A stretch of 63,724 nt of DNA, counting the filler, from Choristocarpus tenellus KU-1152 (Eukaryota; Protista; Phaeophyceae): assembly GCA_964200185.2 (NCBI GenBank). It is 11 parts of 11 records of this genome, joined end to end, with 100 filler letters (N's around TTAATTAATTAA, not from the genome) between each part and the next. Parts side by side here need not be neighbours in the genome. Positions count along the whole stretch, not along the records: positions 25,543 to 42,273 come from CAXNAD020000782.1; positions 42,374 to 45,225 come from CAXNAD020024189.1; positions 45,326 to 48,500 come from CAXNAD020021771.1; positions 48,601 to 51,159 come from CAXNAD020026778.1; positions 51,260 to 59,070 come from CAXNAD020005558.1; 6 more parts are not named here. The stretch is one strand, 5' to 3'. Below the pieces are notes generated by a model. It was not told the DNA's origin. It worked only from the letters and a program-made list of their open reading frames with translations, and ran no database searches. Positions 39,451 to 51,493 of this stretch are shown here, piece after piece. Every line of letters begins with the position of its first letter. Within the stretch, counting starts at the first letter, position 1. A program made the translations under genes and the position numbers.

Positions 39451-42053
39451 AACATGGGGTGTCGATAACTCAAGATTGATTTTGGGTGTCGAAAATCACC
39501 CTGGACAGGTATCTGCATCTAGTCCTCTCTCTAAAGACCAAGTTCGGTATTCCTTACTTTCCTTGTGCAACCTCTAAGAATCGGAGAATCATTAAGACTT
39601 GCAAGGTTCCTAATTTTCATCTATTTTCATGTGGAAACCATCATTTGAATGTTTAGAGATAGGCATCAAGTGTTGTACTGACTTGCATCTCAAGTCATGA
39701 TCTTTCACCCGATTATGTTATCAGAAGTAAACATCATGTATGAAACGGAGTATTTGTATGTAGAGGTGACCAATTGGCCAGATTATCACTAAAAATGAAA
39801 ACAATAAGTACACAGAAAGTGATGCAAAATTCTGGATTACTATTTCCATCCAAAATAGTTATATTTCCTTCAATCTATTGATATCACTGTTCTTGAGTCT
39901 CAACACAGAAGAGCAAAATTTTCAGAGATGGGAGGAGGTGATGGCAGAGAGGTACCAAATACTGTTGACAAGCATCTAGCTGTCTATCACTGTGATTTTT
40001 CTATTTTCTTCAAATCTCGTGTAGAACACATGTGTTGATGTTCCACTACCCTTGGCAGCTTACTGTTTGCCTTACCCAATTTCTTGGTGCGGTTTTGTCG
40101 TGTGTGCACTACCATTGAAGTCTTCAAGCATCGTTCTTGAGTACCGTTACCACTCCCAGAGTATGCCCTCTCCCTTCCACTTTCCTGCCTGATGACAAGA
40201 ACTTTCAGCATGAAGAACCCTGGGGGGGTTTGACTCAGATCCTCAACAGGCTTGTAATTGTGTGTGATGTGAAGGAGTGGATAGTGTGAAACACAAAAGG
40301 GAGCTGAATTTTCTTTTTTCACCTAATCCGTGTGTAGTTCAATTCAATGACTCAGAGTGGAGTTTGATCTTCAGGGTATTGCTGAAATGTTGTACGGATA
40401 GCATACTTTTCAATATTTTTTCTATTTTTCAATTTTCAGTGCAGCAGCATAGCACAGTTATTTTTGGAGGAATAGACTTTTGATATCTCATTCTCCCTGT
40501 TCAGGACCGGTGGAAGGAATTCAAATTCATCTAGGTTCTTTTTGTTGATTTGTAAAGATACAAAAGCAGGTTACTCATTTTGTTCAAAGCCAACAGTAGA
40601 TATACCCACTCTTGTTTTTTACCAGTACAAAATAATCTGTTTCCTAACTGTTTCCATCTTGTGGATTGTTTGACTACCATGCAGGAAGATTGTGGACATT
40701 GCTGTCTTTCTAAGGGATGCATGGAATGGGAACAATGAACAAGGCTATGTGACGGCACAAGGCTATCGTGCATAGTAGTAACTGCGCAGTTGACTCTACT
40801 TTGCAGAGGACTTTTGAACAAATTGCCTTGCTGTGCACATCTATCACTCACCAAAATTTGTCTATTTTTTTGTTTTGTGCATTATGTTATTTGTCCTAGA
40901 GGTCGTGTACCCAAGTGACACCATCTAGTTTGTTTTTTCCTGTTCCATAATTGATGATATACCATTGGCTTTGCCTGAAAATCAACATTAATTAGAGGTA
41001 ATACTATCGCACAGAATTTCCCACAAATGTAAATATGATTTTTTGTCCACGTATGGGTAGCAACATTGTGAGGGTTATCGTAAGTGTTAGGAATCAGTAA
41101 TTTGTCAATGCCCATCTCGAACAGAGTTGAGCGCTCTAGCCATGTCCCATATATTTTTTACATGAATGGAGCCATCTTCAATAGTCATCCTGAATGTGGC
41201 TGTGTTGTGTGTCGCAGTGGTAGAGGGAGTGGGTTGTTGCAGCAGGCATCTCCAGCTGAGGAAACTATTAAATGATTACCCCCTGTATAAATCGATAGTC
41301 ATTGTTGCTGCTCATGTGTGGCACAGGCTGAGAGCAGTGCAATTGTGTCAGTATATTCCAATGGACAGCGAGGGACAGCTTTAATTCCTCCAATTTTGAT
41401 ATTATTCCTTCAGAGTAGTAAGTTTGTAGCATAGTTGATCTCTCATGGTCTACATACATACTGTGTTTCAAGAGTCAACAACTCCCAATTCTTCTACCTA
41501 TTGGATGCAAGAGTGAAGTCTTACCTACCCTAGCACATACTAAATGGAGCTTAGTGTAGAAGTAGTAAATGTTAATAGAGCTATCACCATCCTTTTATGT
41601 GGGGAAAGAGAACAATGTGATTCAACTGCTATCTTCACACCTGCTGATAGTTGATCGATAAATGTGCTGTACAGCTTTGGTTCCCCTCTGGAGCTCTACT
41701 TCTATTTGCTGCTTTCTATGGGTTTATTGATCCTGAGCCCTACCAGATGAACTAAGAAAACAAGTTTATTGTATTAGAATGAATGAGTTCTCAAGCAAAA
41801 ACTGGGTATGCACATTCCGGGCATATTGGGACAGGGCAAAGGTTTCCTATACAATATACGGATAGGGTTACAGAGGGTACATTACCATTGCGCTTGTTTC
41901 GTCCAACTTACATCAGCACCTACTGCTGTGGTCATACTAGTAGTAGGATCGTTCTCAGTAACCATTGTTTTAATTATTACAAAAGTGTACCATTATGCTA
42001 TAAAATAAATAGCAACAAAAAAATGAAATACTCTTAGTGTTACTAATACGAAA

Positions 42054-42245
42054 GGCTCAAAGTATCTGAGGGGGGGGAGCGGCTGTTCATTTGGGGTCAA
42101 TTTTTTCATGTCATGATTTTGGGGTGATTTGGTTGCATACTTCGGATGGATAATGTAAATACGCTTTTCCTGATTTTGGTCCTAATAGACACCCTGGTGT
42201 AGACCCCCCCCCCCCCCCCCCCCGCCCCCCCACGCCCCCGCATCC
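42054..42245 (+). mobile_element. MITE family B (poly-G/poly-C subtermini)
   Basis: GGCTCAAAGTATCTGAGGGGGGG...GACACCCTGGTGTAG-C-run, colinear with 45069, 51307 (reverse) and 55974. Confidence 0.8.
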
Positions 42246-42662
42246 CTCGTAACAAAAAACCACAAACTAACCANNNNNNNNNNNNNNNNNNNNNNNNNNN
42301 NNNNNNNNNNNNNNNNNTTAATTAATTAANNNNNNNNNNNNNNNNNNNNNNNNNNNNNNNNNNNNNNNNNNNNCTTGTCGATGATCCTTTTTTCCATTTT
42401 TTTAATCCTTTCTCGTCACGATACCTGCATTCCCCCCCCCCCTCTTTGCACAGTACAGTAGCACAATGTTTTGAAAGGCTTTGTCTATTATCACTATACT
42501 GGCGGGACTCTGGTAGAAGTAGTGGTGCCATTGACGATCTCTCCTGAAGGCACACATTTCTTCATCTTTCCTTTTCCTGCTGCATAGGTGGCGTGTACTT
42601 GTAGGAGTAGTGGTGGAGTTCTCAATCCAATACATACCGATTGGTTGATTGATTAGCATGTA

Positions 42663-42702
<40 letters not shown>
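42663..42702. repeat. (CA)n microsatellite
   Basis: Direct reading. Confidence 0.95.
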
Positions 42703-42703
<1 letters not shown>

Positions 42704-42827
42704 TTGTCTTTTGATACACTGCACTGCGCAGATCCAGTCATGGAAACATGAAGGAAAACATACAACATGCTCGAAACCCATGGTCAAAGACAAGACAAGA
42801 ATAAGATCGACTGGGTTCACAGCTTGA

Positions 42828-42992
42828 GTATAGTACCGCTAAAGTACCGCTATAGTACTGCTAAAGTACCACTAAAGTTCTGCTAAAGTACCGCTATAGT
42901 ACTGCTGAAGTACTGCTAAAGTACCGCTAAAGTACTGCTAAAGTACCACTACAGTACTGCTAAAGTACCGCTAAAGTACTGCTAAAGTACTA
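42828..42992. repeat. 11-bp minisatellite AAAGTACYGCT, about 14 units
   Basis: Direct reading. Confidence 0.85.
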
Positions 42993-43024
42993 AGTCCTTG
43001 CACCAGACCAGATAATTGCAATGC

Positions 43025-43260
43025 GGTCAGAATGGAATATCCTTCCATTGCCCTCCAATCAGGCTGGTCAAAGGCCTTCTTGAGGATTTTATAGAGTTCG
43101 GTCCACTGGTTGCCCTGGCAAAGGTGTATCTAGAGCAGTAACAGGCCAGGGCCTGTTCAATGTATGCCTTTTAATAAATTAATTGGATCTGGGCTACAGG
43201 TCAACCTGAGTAAAAGAAATACTTCGATAGGGTTGGGCTGGGCTGGGTGTTGCCTTGGCC
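43025..43260 (-). mobile_element. Non-LTR retrotransposon RT fragment
   Basis: PYRSISF followed by LYKILKKAFDQPDWRAM, matching the YRPISL and DLxKAFD RT motifs. Confidence 0.5.
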
Positions 43261-44690
43261 TGAATGAGTCAGGGGCGGCGAGCGTGTGATTGCTCTGTGT
43301 TTGTGAAAATCAAGAGTGGGTGATGAGTGGGTGAGGTGGGGGGGTGATGATAACAAAATTGGAGATGAGCCTCAAGAGGGAAGAGGAGTGAGAAGAGAGG
43401 GGATTGATTTTTGAGAGTGAGTGACTTGGTGGGAAGCATATGATGCCTTACGTCATCGATATGGCTTCATCCCTCCGTAATTATTTTATTTAACGAGTGT
43501 ATGCACCGATGATCGCTGTTGCTAAGAAAGCGTCCAAAATCGTGGGTTTTGAGATTTTGTCGTGAGTGTGAGGGGTAGTCACTCTCTCACTAAAAAGATG
43601 GTGTTGCAGAGTATATAATATTTTTTCACCCATTCTGGGATTGTATTTGGGCTATGTTCAGTATTCTTATTTTTGGTTCTGAATGGTGTTTGTACTTTTA
43701 CTTTGAAGAACTTGTTTTTTCTTTTTCATTGGTGATGTGTTGCTCTTCGGTAGTTCAACCACAAAAAAATAAAAAGATGTTAGGTAGTAGAGACTTCAGA
43801 CTAATGCAGCAGTAGTACCACTGAAGCATGACATCATCAGAGTGGCCACTTACTTCAACATTGAGTATTTGGGAGGCGTTGTTTGTAACTTACCATGGGG
43901 GTTGTCTTTTATGAAGGAATCAAGAATCTGGACGTTCTTGGTTTTATTATTGAAGAGGGTCACCTATGTCATTGGAAAATGAGCAATGAGTAGCAAAAAT
44001 CCTTCCTTGTATCTCAGTACATCTATTTGTTAAGAGAACCTAGTAAGATATTCACAAGATACAGCTCTAGACTGACAGAGCAGATATTAGATCATCGCAA
44101 GGGAATTAGATCCTTTTTGTTACTGCAAAAATAATAAATAAACAGCTGCTGGTGATATCTACTTGGAAGAAAATGTACTTACTGTTCCCAAACTGATAGA
44201 ATCCATAGGCGCTTCAGTAAAGAAATTAATTGACATAAATAAACAATTCAATTAATTAATTAAATTGAGGAAGTACCGGGCGTAGCGAGCGAAGAAGTTT
44301 CAAAAACGCGAATCGTGCGTTTCGTGCACGATAATCAATGATAGACTAATCAAAATTGGAAGTGAAAAAAGAGGGCTTAATGTGAGCGTATTATTATTAT
44401 TATTATTATGAGCAGTCAAGCAGGGCTCTCCCCCAACGTAGCCTGCTGAGTACCAAGAAACGCCTACCTTTGCATGAATAATTAAACAAAAACCGCAGGC
44501 CAGAACCAACATGAATAGTATGATTGTACTCTCTCTCTCACAAATAGCAGCAATGCTAGCAGCAACAACAACTTAACCAAATCTTAAGTAAAAAAGTTAC
44601 TAGGTTAAACTTAATTTTTCCCCTGTGATCTGGTGGGTGTAACACCAGTCCCCTCCAATTTGATATCTCATGGGCTCGCTCGAATCTCGG

Positions 44691-44964
44691 CAGCGGAAGT
44701 ATCTTAGAGGGTACACCTTTTACCCACCCAGTTTGTCCATTATTTGGTGCTTGTCTTCCCATTCATGTTTTTTTTAATGACATTTTCCTACTACAAATTG
44801 TTTCGGAGTAGGTAAAATGCTCATTTTATGAAAAGGTGTATCCAGAACAAGGATATTGACACTTCCTAACAAACACGATAGCCAAAATTACATCCAAATC
44901 GCAACATTGGGTTTTGCCCCCCAATTGGACGCAGCTCTACCCTAACCCTAAGATACTTTGACTC
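44691..44964 (+). mobile_element. Complete MITE family A
   Basis: CAGCGGAAGTATCTTAGAGGGTAC ... TAAGATACTTTGACTC. Flanks TCGG/TTGG (4-bp TSD with a CpG transition). Confidence 0.85.
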
Positions 44965-45068
44965 TTGGTCCCCACGGAATTCTGATAACGTTATCACCAG
45001 AAATCCCGCTTCCATGGTCACTTGGCTACTCCGTGGTGCTCATGAGTGCTGTGGACTACACCTCTTGA

Positions 45069-45225
45069 GGCTAGAAGTATCTGGGGGGGTTGCGACTGTC
45101 CATTTGGGGTAATTTTTTTCATGTCACATTTTTTGGGTGATTTGGTTCTGTAATATGGATGGGTAATGAAAGTGCAATTTTCCTCGTTTGGGTCCAGTCC
45201 AAATGGACACTTGGGTGTACACCCC
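45069..45225 (+). mobile_element. MITE family B, cut by contig end
   Basis: GGCTAGAAGTATCTGGGGGGGTTGCGACTGTCCATTTGGGG...AATGGACACTTGGGTGTAC. Confidence 0.8.
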
Positions 45226-45882
45226 NNNNNNNNNNNNNNNNNNNNNNNNNNNNNNNNNNNNNNNNNNNNTTAATTAATTAANNNNNNNNNNNNNNNNNNN
45301 NNNNNNNNNNNNNNNNNNNNNNNNNTCATATCTTTTTTCTCGAAGGTTATGACAAACAGCCATAGGCACAAGCAACAATTAGAAATTTTGGTCAGTGTGT
45401 GCGTGAGGCAATCAGCACAACTACCTTTCGATACTTGGTTTCTACCCAGGACACACCGGTTCACACTGAACACGCCTCCGTCAACTGCAGCGGAAAGTCA
45501 ACAAAACAAAAATTAGTAACAGTTTTCGGCATTAAGGGCAAAACATACACCGGGACAAGCGCACATTACATAACAACGGTAAGGAAGTGCAAGGCATACT
45601 AACGCCATCAAAAGACACAAGGCCGAGAGGTGACATTCATTGAATATCGTAAGTCAATCAATCAATTGGTCTGTCAGGCAGACAGACAGTCAGTCAGTCA
45701 GTACCCCTTCTCCAGCCTCATCACACGCTCTACTGCACCCACTCCATCTCTTCCCTTGAAAACAGGCTCTATTCGGGGCTTCAAAGTGCCCCCTGCCCCC
45801 AGCCCACTCACACTCACACTCACACTCACACCAGCAAGCACCAAAGACGTTACTCGAACACGCACCGCCTCAGACCTGTCCC

Positions 45883-45920
45883 AACCCTAACCCTAACCCT
45901 AACCCTAACCCTAACCCTAA
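45883..45920. repeat. Interstitial telomere-type (CCCTAA)6 tract
   Basis: Direct reading. Confidence 0.9.
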
Positions 45921-47399
45921 AGCGGCGGCAAGTATAAACACCCAAGTAAAAAGAAAAAAAGAGTGTTTTTTTTTCTAGTCTCAAGTAGTCGAAAATATCG
46001 CGTTCAAAGTGCATCCAGTACGGTCTGCATAAACTACAGAAAGTCTGCTTGCCGCCAGATACGCATCGACAGATAGTCTTATTCCACAGGGCAGTAGAAA
46101 CTACTATTATTGTGCCGACGTTATGGTTATGGTTAGGGCTAGGGTTGGGTTATGATTAGGGCTAGGGTTGGGTTAAGGTTAGGGTCACTCTATGGTTTAC
46201 ATGATAAACCACCAGTTTCTGTGTGTTACCTGAGACAGGGTCGAGGATCTTCATCCCAATACAATAGAGGTACTCCAAACAAGATTCTCTCCCTATATAT
46301 ATATAGATTCACTAGACTTGAGCTTACATTCAATGAGTCCTCCATAACACCATCGGTGCCAGTTCCCGCCTCCATGATCCACCTCTCTACGTCATCCTAT
46401 GATAGGAAGGAGGAAAGGAAAAAACAACTTCAGAAAGGAGTTCTGTGTTGGGATCATGCTTGAGAGGGTACGGTAGGCTAGGATACATGCTGGATGGGAA
46501 GACTGCAAAAGCGAGGACGTGCATACCCATTTCTTTAGCGCGGCGCCTATGGGATATTTTAACAACAAAAATATGTTGTACTGGATCCCACTTTCATGAA
46601 TGTGACATGTGGGGGATGTTTCAATGCCGCGAGTATCTTGAATTGGATACCATTTCCTCAACTACTGTAGCTCTTGTATTTGCCATGGTTGGTTGGCTTA
46701 AAACAGACAGCAGGTTTCACATCAATGCAGGGTATAGTGTGATAGGTATAAAGCGCAAGAAAAGGTCAAGGTATTGGGCACCAAAAGAGAGGCGGGTGCG
46801 TATCCACGAAAAAAAAAAAAAAGGTCGAGAGAATTACATCGCTCGTGCTTCCCTGCTCTCCATACCCCTTTCAGTTTTCTCCTCTCCTTTATTGCCCTTT
46901 GATTGCATTCCCCAATAATCAAGGGGGAAAAAGGCATCGAGCTTGAATTGCGTTGAAGAAAATCGATGGACTTCTTCTCTTTTTCATGCAGTGGATTTCT
47001 TATTGGAAGGATCAAAATATGCGATATTGGGGGGCGACAAAGGAATAGATGTATGGTGGCTTGAATGCATTGATCTAACCATATCAAACAAGCAAACAAA
47101 CAAAAACTGATGCAGCTATTGCAACTTTTCATAACCTAGAAATAGTATCTGCTTTCGAGCAAGCGAACTATTTTATGGTAACCTACAAAAATAAGGAGCA
47201 GGAAGGGTGGACCAAGTGCTTTGCCAATCCTCACATTAAAACAGTGGGTAGCGTACTGATAGTGCTGCTCCATTGAGAGGTTTGCAGTCCTCGAGGAAAT
47301 TGAGCATTGCATTTCTACCGCAGCCTTTTGTTCTACGTGCGAGAAAATACAAGTGGCAAAGCCCTCCAATGTTTGCCGAATATCTGGAAGCACAACACT

Positions 47400-48230
47400 G
47401 CATTACCTGTCCACTTGGCGTCGCTGTACCCCGAATATCAACCTTGAGGTCACTTCCTGGGATTCCTTCACTTCCATTGTTAGCGATTGCATCCCGGGCT
47501 AAGCGGTCCCTTTCTTCCTTCTCCTTCTTCAGCTGATTCGACAGCCGTTTCAACATGTGTCTCTAGCTTTACCAACTGCCTGAGTGGTCCATGGGTGGAA
47601 TACATGTAGTAAAGTCTCAAGGCCGGAAAAAAATTGCCTCTTAATTGCACCAGGTGGTCATTTCGGAAGCTACGAGGTAATGCCTAAAAAATACATGTGC
47701 TTTAGTCCATTGATCGCGACTCTGAAGTCTTCCACTTGTTAGAATACAACCAGATCGAGTAACATGTAGACTCTTTCTGTCCATCCTTGTGCAACTTGAC
47801 ACTCAGCCGCATTTTTGATCGCAGCACTCTCGGATAAGGCATTCTATGCTGCGTGAAAGAGATTGGGCAATCCGTCAACTATAGTCGTCATGTGCCTCAG
47901 TCTCATTGGAACGAGAGGCAAAGACGTGATTTATATCATTCAGAGCGAAGGCGGAAAGAGTCTGGATATCTCCACCTTCAGGGATTCCCTTGCTTGATCA
48001 AAGTAACGATGGTTGAGACGTCCTGTCCCTCCTCCTTTCTACCTACGGGCGCCTGGATCCGGGTGAAGGAGGCAGGAGGCAGGAGTTCGTTCCTAGGAAG
48101 GGTATCAGAAGAAGTTGGCTTCTTCCAATAATTAAGTTGAAAGTTGCCGTTGGGCATATTCCAACCAACAGGATCCCTCACCCACCACCACAATCCATAT
48201 CTCCATCGCGCGAATAAATTTTCGGGTCAT
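47400..48230 (-). pseudogene. Unidentified spliced coding remnant
   Basis: CpG-containing exon-like blocks bounded by AG/GT (e.g. NALSESAAIKNAAECQVAQGWTERVYMLLDL; LKRLSNQLKKEKEERDRLARD...PSGQ|GT), with stops and frameshifts. Confidence 0.3.
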
Positions 48231-48600
48231 GCGACGTCACGGGAAGAATGTGATAGGAGTAAAACTATTTAGAACAACAATTTTATCTCAAAGAAATAGA
48301 GACAAAATATCCTCCAAAGAATGGAGATTTTGTTATCAAAAATGGAATCATTATTATATTTCAGCGTTAAGATATTCCTCCTGCGAAGGAATGCTGAAAT
48401 CAATTGAGGAAGGAACATATTACAATAGTAGTAGTTAAATCCAGAGTACGCCAAATTGTTTCGGTGACTACGCAAGTAGCATTATCTCGACGAGTCATGC
48501 NNNNNNNNNNNNNNNNNNNNNNNNNNNNNNNNNNNNNNNNNNNNTTAATTAATTAANNNNNNNNNNNNNNNNNNNNNNNNNNNNNNNNNNNNNNNNNNNN

Positions 48601-48706
48601 ATTGACACTTCCTCAAAAACATGATAGTCAAAATTACATCAAAATCGGAACATTCGAATTTGACCCCGAAATGGACGCGGCTCTACCCTCTAAGATACTT
48701 TGGCTC
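48601..48706 (+). mobile_element. MITE family A right end at contig start
   Basis: ...ATGGACGCGGCTCTACCCTCTAAGATACTTTGGCTC. Confidence 0.8.
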
Positions 48707-48754
48707 CCATGCGATAAGGTTTTGTCATATATGTATGGGTTAGGGTTAGTTGGT

Positions 48755-51159
48755 TAAAGATGTTGTGATGTACTGCAGCATGCTTTTATGTTTTTTGTTT
48801 GTGTGGGAATGGGGATGTTACGGCGTATGCATGTGATCACAGCAAAGACTTGGGGACTCGCGATTTCCAGTGGTGGTGTGGGTAACTGCGTGCACAAAGT
48901 TGGCTACTCGTAACCATCTACAAGGAAACATCAGCAGTACAATTGCAAGCTCGAGACCTATTATCTGTAGGGTTGGTAGTACAAACAACAAGTTGGAAAG
49001 CAATGTAAAAAAAAAGCCAGCACACCCTTCTTACCTTCCACTTGCCCTCCTCGTAGGCTTGGCCGAAGGATGTGTCCATCCTCTGCTTCACCTCGTCCTT
49101 TGACGCCGCGTTGGACACGAACACCTCCACCCTCCTGCTCCGTTCAAGGGTCGCCTCCACTACATTGTGCCTCTCTGCACTGTAGGAGACGACGGTGTCC
49201 CCAGCATTCGTCTACCTAGCGTGGGAGGGCAGTTCGTAAATTAGCCCTAACGTGGTATTGTATTGCGCACGGATTCATCATTTCGCAGTGTATGCAGTAC
49301 GTTCCGATACAGGGCAACACGATTTTTGTTGTTTCCACGCTTAACGTACCGATTCGGGAAATAAACTCGTGGTATGGAATGACGCCCCTGAACTGTCACC
49401 CAGCTCGTTCTGTTACTGTTTAACGATGTCCTATACCTTCTACAAAAATAAATAAAAATCGCTGCTTCTGTGAAGAAGGATATGTGTGACGTTATTGATG
49501 AACCTGTTAACTAGGAAGTTGAGGGCCGTCATGGGGATGTCCGAGGCAGCACCTTCGTATTCGACGTCCATCATGGAGTGGAACAGGAGACGTTTTACGT
49601 CCGTGGCCAAAGATGTCGTCGACGGTGACTCGCTTATTGCATGTGAACTGCAGCCCGTCGTTATGGGCAAAACAAATCATGTCCTGGTGGCTTTTGAGAT
49701 GGTTGTCTGTGCCTAATTGAGGGCGCCCCCCCCTCCTCGTCTTGTATACTGGCATTAGGGGATGATCCTCTAATGACAAGCCCACCTTCGATGCAGTAAG
49801 AGCCTCTGAATGAAGAGAATGCGGGAGGGAGCGAGTGGTTGGACATGTGTCAAACTTGACTGTGACATCACACAAGTAGTCATGGTAGGGATTCATGAAA
49901 TCTCGCACCACTAACGTTATACTAGTACAATGAGTGTGGAACGCAAGGCAAATAATCAATTTATAAATTGCAAACAATAGGATATAAAGTAATAATCGGA
50001 GAAAGTATGGCAAAAATAATGTAGTGAAGACGAGTAACACCAGAATTCGCGAAAATGGACAATGAAACAGATAAGTACGTAATTGCCGGGGGGAGAGAGC
50101 AAGCGACACAAAAGGAGGTGGAAAGCACGAAGGACATGAAACAATATGGGAAAAGTGAAGAATTTAGGAAAACACGGGGATTCATAGAATCTCGTGCCAC
50201 CAATATTATACTAATACAAAGAGTGTGGAACGCAAGGCAAATAATCAATTCATAAATTGCAAACAATAGGATATAAAATAACAATCGGAGAAAGTATGGC
50301 AAAAATAAGGTAGTGAAGACGAATAACACCAACATCCGCGAAAATGGACAATGAAACAGATAAGTACGTATTTGCCGGGGGGAGAGAGCAAGCGACACAA
50401 AAGGAAGTGGAAAGCACGAAGGACATGAAACAACATGGGAAAAGTGAAGAATATAGGAATAGAGCACGACAATCCCACCAATGTCGACAATCATCTCACC
50501 TGCTGGTACATTTTGTGGATATCTGCGATTGACACATCTTTCTTCTTCCTCTGTCGCTTGATAGCTTCTTGAAGCTTGTGCTGAAAATATATATTATCGT
50601 ATAACGTGCACTCAACCACACTCTCTGTCGCTTCGTTGAATGCTATAAGCATAGCGGTGCAGTGGGCGAACGGGACAAGTGTTAGGTGGGGGGCGATCGT
50701 GGGACACACGCGGCCTGCGACATCAAGAAACATGTTGCTGTGGACAGGAATACCACGATGGATAAAGATGATGAGCAAAGAAAAGGACCACAACGGACTT
50801 ACCGTCAATGCACATAGCAAGGCAAACTCAACAACAGCTTCATATATCATAATAGTCATCAGGCGATTATGGAACAACGAAAACAATCTGTCACCCACCG
50901 TTGGCAAGCAGCCTTTCTTCAGTTTGGTCGAACTCGATGTAGATCCGCATGGTGAAAGCGCTCTCGGGATCAAACAATTTCTTCAGCACCGTTACTCTAT
51001 GGTTTCCGTCCAATACTCGCCCTTCAATGGCAAGCGCTGCTTCGGGGCTTAGCTCATCCGTATTACCTAGACTTTCTCGCTGGATGACAACACTTGGAGC
51101 AAACTGATTCAGCCACCCTTTCTCCTCTATAGACTTCCTCACGCGCTGAAGGCCACGCC
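48755..51159 (-). pseudogene. Copy 2 of the ParB/Srx plus degenerate DNA-methyltransferase-like gene. Exons 51159-50899, 50642-50500, 49805-49504, 49215-49035
   Basis: RGLQRVRKSIEEKGWLNQFAPSVVI...GRVLDGNHRVTVLKKL...IYIEFDQTEERLLAN|AFNEATESVVECTLYDNI has the ParB/Srx DGxHR motif and a downstream Asn. Later exons match copy 1. There is a frameshift near 49590, an in-frame TAG at 49214-49212, and a phase mismatch implying lost exons between 50500 and 49805. Confidence 0.7.
49889..50460. repeat. About 289-bp tandem duplication inside copy 2
   Basis: GGATTCAT..AATCTCG...GAGTGTGGAACGCAAGGCAAATAATCAATT...GAAAAGTGAAGAAT occurs at 49889 and again at 50178. Confidence 0.9.
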
Positions 51160-51306
51160 NNNNNNNNNNNNNNNNNNNNNNNNNNNNNNNNNNNNNNNNN
51201 NNNTTAATTAATTAANNNNNNNNNNNNNNNNNNNNNNNNNNNNNNNNNNNNNNNNNNNNCAAATATTTTGCAAATTTGTGTAAGCAAGACATTCGAAAGA
51301 GTGCAG

Positions 51307-51493
51307 GTCTCAAAGCATCTGTGGGGGGGGGGGGTCCTACACCAGGGTGTTCCTTTGGGCCCTCACAATGAAAAAGTGCACTTACATTACATTACTCATC
51401 CGACGCATGCAACCAAATCACCCAAAAACCATTACATACAAAAAATGGGCCCCGAATGGACATCCACCACCCCCCCCCCATATACCTTGAGCC
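51307..51493 (-). mobile_element. Near-complete MITE family B, reverse orientation
   Basis: GTCTCAAAGCATCTG-G-run ... C-run-ATATACCTTGAGCC. The interior is the reverse complement of 42054 and 55974. Confidence 0.75.

Noticed and set aside
44270-44335. CpG-rich patch GGGCGTAGCGAGCGAAG as a Helitron/Crypton end or ncRNA
   Set aside because: Single occurrence with no clear hairpin plus CTRR end.
45883-45920. True chromosome end
   Set aside because: Only six repeats, flanked by ordinary sequence on both sides.
49507-50494. Long hydrophobic ORFs (200 aa and 177 aa) as membrane proteins
   Set aside because: They run through the T-rich intronic duplication. Only the 49805-49504 part is supported by homology to copy 1.
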